From: Deltaproteobacteria bacterium
GTDB taxonomy: Bacteria > Desulfobacterota > Dissulfuribacteria > Dissulfuribacterales > QOAL01
Assembly: GCA_027003115.1 (NCBI GenBank)
Contig: JALWYS010000065.1
Coordinates: forward strand, 4,655 to 68,654
Reading direction: 5' to 3'
DNA length: 64,000 nt
Part shown: positions 1 to 8,267 of the stretch, one piece after another
Layout: every line of letters starts with the position of its first letter
How positions within the stretch are numbered: position 1 is the stretch's first letter
Notes under the pieces: generated by a model
The model's input: only the letters and a program-made list of their open reading frames with translations
What the model was told of the DNA's origin: nothing
Databases searched by the model: none
Made by a program: the position numbers and the translations under genes

Positions 1-2
1 AT

Positions 3-245
3 GGAAGGATATTTTCCGGAAGGCAGGCCCTGGCACTCCACTTTGTGGATGAGCTTGGTAACTTCTCAACTGCAGTGAAGAAGGCTGCAGAGCTTGGAAA
101 GATAAAGGGTAAGCCCGCCCTTATATACCCTCAGAAGGATAAGATAACGGCAATAAAGGAAATCTTGGAGGATTCCGGAGCAAGGTCCATGCTCAAGTTT
201 CTAAGCCTGCTATTTCTTGATGATTCTTCCGGAGTTCCGCATTAA
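3..245 (+). CDS. sppA: signal peptide peptidase SppA, C-terminal fragment (5' end lies outside the window)
   Basis: Frame 3 is open from the window edge. The translation GRIFSGRQALALHFVDELGNFSTAV matches the conserved C-terminal G-R-x-x-x-G-x-x-A-L-x-x-G-L-V-D-E-L-G region of SppA. The stop codon is at 243-245. Confidence 0.7.
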   Translation, partial: GRIFSGRQALALHFVDELGNFSTAVKKAAELGKIKGKPALIYPQKDKITAIKEILEDSGARSMLKFLSLLFLDDSSGVPH

Positions 246-254
246 TCCTTTCAG

Positions 255-533
255 ATGTTAAAGGCAGACCTGGTAAAAAGGCTAAAGGAGATTCATCCGG
301 AATTTACCCAGGCCGATCTCCAGGAAATGGTGGAGCTTGTGTTTGAACAGATATCCCAGGCCCTTGAAGAAGGAAGAAGGGTTGAGATAAGGGGATTTGG
401 AAGCTTCAGCCTTCACAGACAGAAAGAAAGACAATTCATAAATCCCAAGACGGGTCAAAAGACAGTCTGCCCCTCCAATTTCAGAATAGTCTTCAGACCA
501 AGCAACAATTTAAAAAGGATCGATTCTCTTTAA
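255..533 (+). CDS. ihfB: integration host factor beta subunit (HU/IHF family DNA-bending protein)
   Basis: 92-aa ORF. The motif VEIRGFGSFSLHRQKERQFINPKTGQK matches the IHF-beta signature IEIRGFGSFSLH...NPKTG. Confidence 0.85.
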   Translation: MLKADLVKRLKEIHPEFTQADLQEMVELVFEQISQALEEGRRVEIRGFGSFSLHRQKERQFINPKTGQKTVCPSNFRIVFRPSNNLKRIDSL

Positions 534-659
534 GGCACCTGATAGGTCAGGGAAATATTTCCGAAATCTTCTTGATTGTTTCCTGTTGCAAATGATTAGG
601 GCATAATTATTGTCTTTTTAGGTAACTCCTTCAAAAAGGCCAATGGGAGGCGAAACCTT

Positions 660-2429
660 ATGGCCAGCAAATCCAGCAGGACAAAGATAGCCCTTCTCGA
701 TCTTACCAGTTGCACTGGTTGTGAGGTGAATCTCTTGCGGCTCGGCTCAAAATTTCTTGAGCTTGCCGAACACTTTGAAATCGCAGATTGGCACATGCTT
801 CAAAGGGACAAGGATACGGACTATGATGTTGTTTTCGTTGAGGGCTTTGTGTGCAATGAAGAGCAGGAGAGGTTTTTAAGGCAGGCAAGAAGGACAAGTC
901 AGGTGCTAGTTGCCCTGGGGGCCTGCGCCATGACCGGTAACGTTTTTTCCCAGATCAAACCTGAGAAATACGAAGAGCTTAAATCAAGGGTCTATCCCCC
1001 TGGCTACCAACCTGTAACCCACTTTGTAAAGCCCGTTTCAAAGGTGGTGGATGTAGATCATGTGATTCCGGGATGTCCTGCAAGCAGTGAGGCGGCGGCA
1101 AAACTCTTTGAGGAGCTTAGCAAAAGGCCCATAACATCTCCACGGCTCAGGGTTCAGGAGCCTGACTTTGTATCAAGGATAGAAGGCCATGGCAAACTCG
1201 AAGCTGATCTTGAAAAGGGCCATGCCGTTTTTGCGCCAGAAGAAGGAGAACGGTTCGTGGAGGCCCTTGCAGTTGGCAGGCCATACTGGAGCGCTCCGAA
1301 ACTTCACAGCAGGATATGTGGCATCTGCCCGGCAGCACATACACTTTGTGCCATCGAGGCTTCCGAAAGGGCCCTGGGAATCAGGCCTTCAACACAGACC
1401 GTTTTGCTCAGAAGGCTTTTTCAGTGTGGACAGATGGTCTCAAGCCATCTTATGCATTTGTATTTAATGGTTCTGCCCTCCATTGCAGGCTTTGATTCCA
1501 GTGTGGATTTCAGCCTTGTTTATCCGGAGGAATTTAAGATATTTTTGGAGATAAAGAGGATAGCCGAGGAGATAACGGATGCCATAGGTGGCGCTCCCCT
1601 TCATGCGGTCAGCCTAGAGCCTGGAGGTTTTACCAGGGTTCCTGATGCAAAAAGGCTTTCACAACTTGGTCGTCGTATTGAAAAGGTACTCGACGACAGC
1701 CTGGATCTTGTGCGGATACTTGGCACTTTCAGGTGGCCAGAGGCCGAAACTGTTGCCCATATGCTTTGTGTTCAGCCGGAAAAAGATGAATATCCCTTCT
1801 ATGGCATGAGCCTAATACACAACGGGCCAGAGCCCGTTTCCGGCACGGACTATCAAGATCTCATAGAGGAACACACACGAAAGGGCCAGTCCGGAAAGGT
1901 GGCTTATCTCAAAGGGAAAAGGCCAGTAAAGACAGGGGCACTGTCACGGCTCTTTCGCTTTAACAGGCATCTTAATCCCCTTGCTTCTGTCATTTTCAAG
2001 GAACTTGGCATTAATTTTCAAAACCCCTTTCACAACAATCTTTCCCAGGCAGTTGAGCTCATTCACTACCTTGAGGAGGCCAGAAAGCTCCTGGCTGAGC
2101 TTGGAAAAGGGGATGTTTCAGGGGCCAAGATAGATGAAAAAAAGGTGAGGCAACAGGCGCTTTCAGGAAAAGGGCCATGGCCGAGGCGCGGGGTTGGAAT
2201 CATTGAGGCGCCAAGGGGAATACTCATTCATGACGTGGAAATTGATAAATCGGGCCTAGTTACCAATTACAATATCGTAACACCCACGGCCCTTAACCTG
2301 TCTGCCCTTGGGCCAGAGGCGGAGCTGTTTCTTCGGAAAAATCGGGATCTATCAAAGGAGAGAAAAAGGGCGGCCCTTGAGGATCTTGTGCGGGCCTCTG
2401 ACCCCTGCATCACATGTGCTGTTCACTAG
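660..2429 (+). CDS. [NiFe]-hydrogenase with a small-subunit (NuoB/HoxY-like) module fused to the large subunit in one polypeptide
   Basis: GGGAGG (645-650) lies 9 nt upstream of ATG 660. Residues 1 to about 165 carry the proximal-cluster Cys pattern C18-T-G-C21, GACAMTG and IPGCPA. The remainder carries RIEGHGK, the L1 motif RICGICPAAH (nt 1311-1340) and the C-terminal L2 motif DPCITCAVH (nt 2400-2426), followed directly by TAG. Confidence 0.85.
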   Translation: MASKSSRTKIALLDLTSCTGCEVNLLRLGSKFLELAEHFEIADWHMLQRDKDTDYDVVFVEGFVCNEEQERFLRQARRTSQVLVALGACAMTGNVFSQIKPEKYEELKSRVYPPGYQPVTHFVKPVSKVVDVDHVIPGCPASSEAAAKLFEELSKRPITSPRLRVQEPDFVSRIEGHGKLEADLEKGHAVFAPEEGERFVEALAVGRPYWSAPKLHSRICGICPAAHTLCAIEASERALGIRPSTQTVLLRRLFQCGQMVSSHLMHLYLMVLPSIAGFDSSVDFSLVYPEEFKIFLEIKRIAEEITDAIGGAPLHAVSLEPGGFTRVPDAKRLSQLGRRIEKVLDDSLDLVRILGTFRWPEAETVAHMLCVQPEKDEYPFYGMSLIHNGPEPVSGTDYQDLIEEHTRKGQSGKVAYLKGKRPVKTGALSRLFRFNRHLNPLASVIFKELGINFQNPFHNNLSQAVELIHYLEEARKLLAELGKGDVSGAKIDEKKVRQQALSGKGPWPRRGVGIIEAPRGILIHDVEIDKSGLVTNYNIVTPTALNLSALGPEAELFLRKNRDLSKERKRAALEDLVRASDPCITCAVH

Positions 2430-2451
2430 ATATGGGGCCTCTATCATAGTC

Positions 2452-3057
2452 TTATTCAAAATCGGCACAGCTCCCCTTGCCGCGGCGAAGCACCTCTATT
2501 TCGTCATCCACCAGTGAGATCACGCTTGAAGGCTCCGGAGATATTATGCCTGAATCCACAATGATGGGGATCTGCTTGCCGAACCTTTTGGCCATTTCTT
2601 TTGGATCTGAAAAGATTTCATCCCCTTGGGATACAGTGGTACTGATTATGGGGTTTCCGAGCTGTCTTACTATTTCAAGGCAGACAGGATGATCGGGAAT
2701 CCTAATGCCAACGGTCTTTCTCTTTGTCAACATCATCTTTGGCACCTGGCGGGAGCCTTCAAGGATGAAGGTGTAGGGCCCGGGAAGATAACGTTTAAGT
2801 ATCCTGTAGGCAAGATCTGAGACCCTGGCATACTGGCTTATGTGACTCAAGTCTGAGCATATAAAGCTGAAGGGTTGGGTCTTCGGTATTCCTTTTATCT
2901 GGTAGACTTTTTCAATGGCCTTTTTATTGAATATGTCAGCCCCCATGCCGTAACAGGTATCCGTGGGGTAGATAACCACCTCTCCCTTTTTCAAGGCATC
3001 CACTATTTGGCGAATTTTTCTGGGCACCGGTCTTTTCGGATCTAATTCTATTATCAC
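2452..3057 (-). CDS. tsaC: L-threonylcarbamoyladenylate synthase (TsaC/YrdC/Sua5 family)
   Basis: Motifs VVIYPTDTCYGMGADI, LPGPYTFIL and GIRIPDHP. I prefer the GTG start at 3057-3055, preceded by AAGGAGGA at 7-nt spacing, over the longest-ORF ATG at 3099. Confidence 0.85.
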   Translation of the reverse strand: MIIELDPKRPVPRKIRQIVDALKKGEVVIYPTDTCYGMGADIFNKKAIEKVYQIKGIPKTQPFSFICSDLSHISQYARVSDLAYRILKRYLPGPYTFILEGSRQVPKMMLTKRKTVGIRIPDHPVCLEIVRQLGNPIISTTVSQGDEIFSDPKEMAKRFGKQIPIIVDSGIISPEPSSVISLVDDEIEVLRRGKGSCADFE

Positions 3058-3230
3058 GACTTTATCCTCCTTGGGGATTGACAAACATCTTGTTTTCAAG
3101 GTAACAATTTTGAACTACCGTTCAATTAATCAATGTATCAAAACAAGAAAGACGTTTTTTGCCTGTGGCGATTATTTCAAAGATAATCATGCAGGTGTTT
3201 ATGTGAAGAATAAAATTGAGGAGGAGTTAC

Positions 3231-4994
3231 ATGAAATTAGATCCGACCAAGATGAAAGACTGGGAAATAGCCGAGGCCGCTGCCGAACATATGAAAACAG
3301 TTTACCAGCTTGGCGAGGAGCTGGGCCTAGAGAAGGAAGAACTTCTTCCCTATGGCCATTACGTGGCAAAGATAGATTACGCCAAGACCTTGGAGAGGCT
3401 GAAAGATCGTCCAGACGGTAAGTACATTGATGTTACTGCCATTACCCCTACGCCCCTTGGAGAAGGGAAAAGCACCTGTGCTGTAGGTCTCATGGAGGGC
3501 CTTGGAAAAAGGGGGAAAAACGTTGTGGGGGCACTTCGTCAGCCCTCTGGAGGCCCCACATTCAATATTAAGGGAAGCGCCGCAGGTGGCGGGCTGGCTC
3601 AGCTTATTCCCCTGGACAAGTTTTCCCTGGGGCTTACTGGTGACATAAACGCCATTATGAACGCCCACAACCTGGGTATGGTGGCCCTTACGGCCAGAAT
3701 GCAGCACGAGAGCAACTACACAGACGAGCAGCTTGCCCAAAGGGGGCTCAAGCGTCTGGATGTGCATCCAAAAAGCGTTGAGTTCCGCTGGATAATAGAC
3801 TTTTGTGCCCAGGCGCTCAGGAACATCACCATAGGTATTGGGGGCCGCATGGATGGCTTTACCATGCAGAGCGGCTTCAACATAGCGGTTTCCTCTGAGA
3901 TCATGGCAATACTTGCCATTGCCAATGATCTTAAGGACCTCAGGGAAAGAATTGGAAAAATCGTTGTCGCCTACGACAAGACAGGAAAGCCAATAACCAC
4001 AGAGGACCTGGAGGTGGCTGGGGCCATGACGGCCTGGATGGTTGAGGCTGTAAACCCAAATCTCATGCAGACCATAGAGGGGCAGCCATGTCTCATACAT
4101 GCAGGTCCCTTTGCCAATATCGCAATTGGTCAGTCGTCGGTAATTGCAGACAAGGTTGGGCTGAAGCTTGGCGACTACCTTGTAACGGAAAGTGGTTTTG
4201 GGGCTGATATTGGTTTTGAGAAGTTCTGGAACCTCAAGTGTCGCTTTAGCGGGCTGAAACCAAACTGTGCAGTGGTTGTCGCCACTATCCGCGCGCTCAA
4301 GTGCCACGGTGGTGCACCCATTCCTCGCCCGGGCCGTCCAATGCCGCCAGAATATAGCGAGGAGCATGTGGAATGGGTGGAAAAGGGCACAGCCAACCTG
4401 CTGCACCACATTGAAACGGTTAAGAAGGCAGGCATCAATCCAGTTGTCTGCATTAATGCATTCTATACCGACACCAAGAACGAGATCGAGGCAGTACGCA
4501 GGCTCTGTGAACAGGCGGGTGCCCGCGTTGCAGTGTCCGAGCACTGGCTAAAGGGCGGCGAGGGTGCACTTGAGTTTGCAGATGCAGTAATTGATGCATG
4601 CAATGAAGAAAACGATTTCAGGTTCTTATATGACCTTGACACCCCGCTTCGCAAGCGTATAGAGCTCATCACCAAGGAGGTCTACGGTGGAGACGGCGTG
4701 GATTACTCGCCAGAGGCCCTTGCCAAGGCAGAAAAGATCGAGAAGGATCCAGAGCTTTCAAAGCTTGGTACATGCATGGTCAAGACACACCTAAGCCTAT
4801 CAGACAACCCAAATCTCAAGGGTGTGCCAAAGGGCTGGAGGCTTTTTGTTCGCGACATCCTTACGTATAAGGGCGCAGGCTTTGTCGTTCCAGTGGCAGG
4901 GGCTATAAGCCTCATGCCGGGAACCGGCTCTGATCCGGCCTATAGACGCATTGACGTGGATGTTGAGACAGGAAAGGTAAAGGGCCTGTTCTAG
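3231..4994 (+). CDS. fhs: formate--tetrahydrofolate ligase
   Basis: Fhs motifs [22 protein letters not shown] and [16 protein letters not shown] 3231 is preceded by GAGGAGG (3218-3224). The ORF-track start at 3216 is a TTG inside the RBS. Confidence 0.95.
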   Translation: MKLDPTKMKDWEIAEAAAEHMKTVYQLGEELGLEKEELLPYGHYVAKIDYAKTLERLKDRPDGKYIDVTAITPTPLGEGKSTCAVGLMEGLGKRGKNVVGALRQPSGGPTFNIKGSAAGGGLAQLIPLDKFSLGLTGDINAIMNAHNLGMVALTARMQHESNYTDEQLAQRGLKRLDVHPKSVEFRWIIDFCAQALRNITIGIGGRMDGFTMQSGFNIAVSSEIMAILAIANDLKDLRERIGKIVVAYDKTGKPITTEDLEVAGAMTAWMVEAVNPNLMQTIEGQPCLIHAGPFANIAIGQSSVIADKVGLKLGDYLVTESGFGADIGFEKFWNLKCRFSGLKPNCAVVVATIRALKCHGGAPIPRPGRPMPPEYSEEHVEWVEKGTANLLHHIETVKKAGINPVVCINAFYTDTKNEIEAVRRLCEQAGARVAVSEHWLKGGEGALEFADAVIDACNEENDFRFLYDLDTPLRKRIELITKEVYGGDGVDYSPEALAKAEKIEKDPELSKLGTCMVKTHLSLSDNPNLKGVPKGWRLFVRDILTYKGAGFVVPVAGAISLMPGTGSDPAYRRIDVDVETGKVKGLF

Positions 4995-5020
4995 ATTTTG
5001 CCCTCCTTTTGTTCTTTTTT

Positions 5021-5045
5021 GGCCGCCTTCGGGCGGCCTTTTTAT
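5021..5045 (+). terminator. rho-independent terminator after fhs
   Basis: GGCCGCC-ttcg-GGCGGCC perfect 7-bp GC stem (5021-5038) followed by TTTTTATTT. Confidence 0.8.
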
Positions 5046-5049
5046 TTGG

Positions 5050-5101
5050 CCGGGGGAAAAGGCATCAGATATGGGGCAAAAGACCCCGGCTTTTAGTTTT
5101 T
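5050..5101 (+). terminator. second, weaker terminator-like hairpin
   Basis: CCGGGG (5050-5055) pairs with CCCCGG (5084-5089) and is followed by CTTTTAGTTTTT. The 28-nt loop makes this weak. Confidence 0.3.
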
Positions 5102-5273
5102 GTTACTCACGAGAAAAAAGTAGCACGATATATTGTGGGTAATTTTAGTGATATCAAATAATTACGATTTATGCGGGTGTCGGTTGGACAATTTTTGTTA
5201 TATGGTCTAAACTTTGCTATCTAAATATAGTCTACTTTATGAATCCACATTCAGTAAAAGAGTAGGAGGAGTC

Positions 5274-6161
5274 ATGTCAGCAAAAATTATCAGTGGCGTT
5301 GAGATAGCAAAGCAGATCAGGCAAGAGCTCAAGGACGAGGTAAAGGAGCTTAAGGATAAGCATGGAGTGGTCCCCGGTCTTGTTACTATCCTTGTTGGGG
5401 AAAATCCCGCCTCGGTCTCCTATGTCACTGCTAAGCAGCGCACGGCCCACGAATTAGGCTTTCATTCCATCCAGGACGATCAGCCTGAAGACATTTCTGA
5501 AGACGAACTTCTCAAGCTCATAGACAAGTACAACAACGACGAAAGCATCCACGGTATACTGGTTCAGTTGCCCCTTCCCAAGCACATTGATGAGAGCAAG
5601 GTGCTTTATGCCATTTCACCTGACAAGGATGTGGACGGATTCCATCCCGTGAACGTGGGCAAGATGGTAATAGGCGAGCCGTGTTTTTTGCCCTGTACCC
5701 CACACGGCATTTTGGAGATGCTTATTCGTGCTGATGTTGAAACAAGTGGTGCCGAGGTCGTGGTTGTCGGCCGTAGCAATATTGTTGGAAAACCCATTGC
5801 CAATCTCATGCTGCAAAAGCGCCCTGGCGGTAACGCCACTGTTACGATATGCCATACAAGGACGAGGGATATGGCCTTCCATACCAAAAGGGCCGATATC
5901 CTCATAGTTGCCGCAGGCAGGCCAAAGGTCATAACGGCAGACATGGTAAAAGACGGGGTCGTTGTCATTGACGTTGGAGTAAACCGCATTGGAAAGACCC
6001 CAGAAGGCAAGGCCATTTTGTGTGGTGACGTGGATTTTGATGCAATAAAGGAAAAGGCTGCTGCAATTACACCTGTGCCAGGCGGCGTTGGGCCAATGAC
6101 CATCACCATGCTCATGAAGAATACGGTCCAGGCTGCCAAACAGTTTGCTGGACTGGTCTAA
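5274..6161 (+). CDS. folD: bifunctional methylenetetrahydrofolate dehydrogenase / methenyl-THF cyclohydrolase
   Basis: Motifs PGLVTILVGENPASVSYV, GILVQLPLPKHI, VVVGRSNIVGKP and TPVPGGVGPMT. ATG 5274 is preceded by AGGAGG. The ORF-track start at 5214 adds 20 unsupported residues. Confidence 0.95.
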   Translation: MSAKIISGVEIAKQIRQELKDEVKELKDKHGVVPGLVTILVGENPASVSYVTAKQRTAHELGFHSIQDDQPEDISEDELLKLIDKYNNDESIHGILVQLPLPKHIDESKVLYAISPDKDVDGFHPVNVGKMVIGEPCFLPCTPHGILEMLIRADVETSGAEVVVVGRSNIVGKPIANLMLQKRPGGNATVTICHTRTRDMAFHTKRADILIVAAGRPKVITADMVKDGVVVIDVGVNRIGKTPEGKAILCGDVDFDAIKEKAAAITPVPGGVGPMTITMLMKNTVQAAKQFAGLV

Positions 6162-6191
6162 GGCCGGTTTAAATCATTAAGGAGAATTTTT

Positions 6192-8189
6192 ATGGACACC
6201 AGCAAGAGATTCAAAAAAGGAAATAGCGGATGTCCCAGCATCCAGTGTGAGGCCAACAGAGAGGTCCTATGCAATGAATGTGCATCTGGAGTCGTTACTG
6301 CTGCCCACAGGGTGCAGAATAGGAGCGTTGAGCCTTGCCTTTTCGGTAAGGGAGGCACATGCTGCAGAAACTGCAACATGGGCCCTTGTCAGATAATAGA
6401 AGGCGTAGATGCCATGGTGGGCATCTGCGGGGCAGATGCCCCAACCGTTGTGGCAAGAAACTTTGCAAGGATCGTTGCAGGTGGTGCTGCTGCCCACATG
6501 GATCATGGAAGGGGCGTGGCCCTGGCCTTTCTTGAAACGGCCAAGGGCGAGACCCCTTACGAGATAAAGGACGGGATAAAGCTTAGGGAAACAGCACTCA
6601 GGCTCGGCATTGACCCGGGCGAGAAGTCCAAGACGGATCTAGCCATTGAGGTGGGTGAAAAGCTTGTAAGCGAGTTTGGCCAGCAAGAAGGCGCTATTTC
6701 CTTTATAAAAAGGGCACCTCAGCCAAGGCAAGAGCTCTGGCAAAAATTGGGTGTCACGCCCAGAGGGGTTGACCGAGAGGTCGTTGAGATGATGCACAGG
6801 ACCCACATGGGTGTTGACCAGAATTACAAAAACATCCTGCTTCAGGCGGCAAGGTGCGCCCTTGCAGATGGCTGGGGGGCTTCCATGATAGCTACCGAGC
6901 TTTCAGACATCATGTTTGGAACCCCGGTGCCAATCCGCACCAAGGTCAACATAGGAGTGCTTAAGAAGGATGAAGTCAACGTAACTGTGCACGGCCATGA
7001 GCCTGTTCTGGCAGAGGCGCTGGCAATGGTGGCCAACGATCCTGAAATTGTTGCCGAGTGCAAGAAGGTCGGCGCAAAGGGTGTAAATCTAGCAGGTGTT
7101 TGCTGTACTGGTAACGAAATCCTTATGAGAAGAGGGCTTCCCATTGCAGGAAGCTTTGTGCAGCAGGAGGTTGTCCTTGCAACAGGCGCTGTAGAGGCCA
7201 TGGTGGTTGACGTGCAGTGTATCATGCAGGGCGTCTCCCCTGTCTCCAAGAATTACCATACCCAGCTCATAACCACCTCAGAAAAGGCCAAGATCACCGG
7301 TGCAAAGCACGTACAGTTCCATGAAGACAAGGCCCTGGACGTGGCTAAGGAAATCATCAAGATGGCCATTGCCAAGTTCCCTGAGCGTGGCAAGTACTGT
7401 ATACCAAGACATGAGATGGACGTTGTAGCGGGCTTCAGTCACGAGACAATAAACTACATCCTTGGTGGACGCTTCCGCGCATCTTACAAGCCACTCAACG
7501 ACAACATTATTAACGGAAGGATCCGTGGAGTTGCTGCAATAGTTGGCTGTGACAACTACCGCGTCATGGATGAGGTGCATGTTGAGCTTGCAAAAGAGCT
7601 CATTGCAAATGACGTGTTGGTTCTTGTCACGGGATGCGCTGCAACAGGAATAGGAAGGGCCGGGCTCCTGTCCCCTGAGGCAATGGAGATGGCAGGAGAC
7701 GGGCTGAAGGAGGTCCTTGAGGCGGTTGGCTGCCCACCGGTTCTCCACATGGGTTCCTGCGTGGACAACAGCAGGCTTCTTATTGCTGCAACTGAAATGG
7801 TACACACTGGCGGTCTTGGTAACGACATAAGCGATATTCCAGTGGTGGGCTGTGCTCCTCAGTGGATGAGCGAAAAGGCCGTGTCCATTGGTCAGTATTT
7901 CGTTTCAAGTGGAGCCTACGTCGTATTTGGTCCGAGTTTCCCCACAACGGGCTCTCAGGTTGTTACGGACTTTTGTTTCAAGCAGATGAATGACATTTAC
8001 GGTGGCTGCTGGGATCTTGCCCAGGGCGCCAACGAGTTCGCAGACAAGATGATCGACAAGATTAATGAAAGAAGAAAGGCCCTTGGCCTGGATAAGAAGA
8101 AAGAGCGCGTGCTCTTTGACATGGCCATGAGGCGTGAGCTAGGCTCTGGCATACCTGGAATGGGTTGTTCTCCAGGAGGTCACAGCTGA
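6192..8189 (+). CDS. cooS: anaerobic Ni-dependent carbon monoxide dehydrogenase catalytic subunit (CooS/AcsA)
   Basis: AAGGAG RBS. The B/D-cluster Cys pattern is EPCLFGKGGTCCRNCNMGPCQI, with typical CODH length and downstream motifs (HGHEP, CCTGNE, GSCVDN). An extra N-terminal CX4CX7CX2C stretch lies at 6231-6281. Confidence 0.9.
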   Translation: MDTSKRFKKGNSGCPSIQCEANREVLCNECASGVVTAAHRVQNRSVEPCLFGKGGTCCRNCNMGPCQIIEGVDAMVGICGADAPTVVARNFARIVAGGAAAHMDHGRGVALAFLETAKGETPYEIKDGIKLRETALRLGIDPGEKSKTDLAIEVGEKLVSEFGQQEGAISFIKRAPQPRQELWQKLGVTPRGVDREVVEMMHRTHMGVDQNYKNILLQAARCALADGWGASMIATELSDIMFGTPVPIRTKVNIGVLKKDEVNVTVHGHEPVLAEALAMVANDPEIVAECKKVGAKGVNLAGVCCTGNEILMRRGLPIAGSFVQQEVVLATGAVEAMVVDVQCIMQGVSPVSKNYHTQLITTSEKAKITGAKHVQFHEDKALDVAKEIIKMAIAKFPERGKYCIPRHEMDVVAGFSHETINYILGGRFRASYKPLNDNIINGRIRGVAAIVGCDNYRVMDEVHVELAKELIANDVLVLVTGCAATGIGRAGLLSPEAMEMAGDGLKEVLEAVGCPPVLHMGSCVDNSRLLIAATEMVHTGGLGNDISDIPVVGCAPQWMSEKAVSIGQYFVSSGAYVVFGPSFPTTGSQVVTDFCFKQMNDIYGGCWDLAQGANEFADKMIDKINERRKALGLDKKKERVLFDMAMRRELGSGIPGMGCSPGGHS

Positions 8190-8199
8190 TTCGGTTTGG

Positions 8200-8226
8200 T
8201 GCCGGCAACCTCGAGGGGGGCCGGCA
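8200..8226 (+). other. intercistronic GC hairpin between cooS and hdrA
   Basis: TGCCGGC (8200-8206) pairs with GCCGGCA (8220-8226) around a 13-nt loop. The T-rich tract follows only after 4 nt, so the role (partial terminator or stability element) is unresolved. Confidence 0.3.
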
Positions 8227-8267
8227 AGCCTTTTAAGTTTAAATTTTAAGGACTTGGAGTTGAGATA

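Noticed and set aside
2400-2429. The possibility that the fused hydrogenase is a [NiFeSe] enzyme, given the selenoprotein-rich context.
   Set aside because: The C-terminal motif is DPCITCAVH with TGC/TGT codons. There is no in-frame TGA in the gene.
3327-4544. Long antisense or out-of-frame ORFs. Examples: 3327..4544(-), 5606..6139(-), 13880..14605(-), 14602..15354(-), 18368..18976(-), 42963..43793(-), 43939..44847(-), 47775..48542(-) and 56976..57584(-).
   Set aside because: They lie entirely within strongly supported genes on the opposite strand or in another frame. Their composition is low-complexity or odd (Ser/Pro/Arg/Cys-rich), and they have no motifs and no RBS. They are shadow ORFs.
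5046-5273. A THF or other riboswitch in the 230-nt leader upstream of folD.
   Set aside because: The region is AT-rich with a terminator-like hairpin only. I could not find the conserved THF-riboswitch core or any other riboswitch consensus I know. This cannot be excluded without an Rfam scan.
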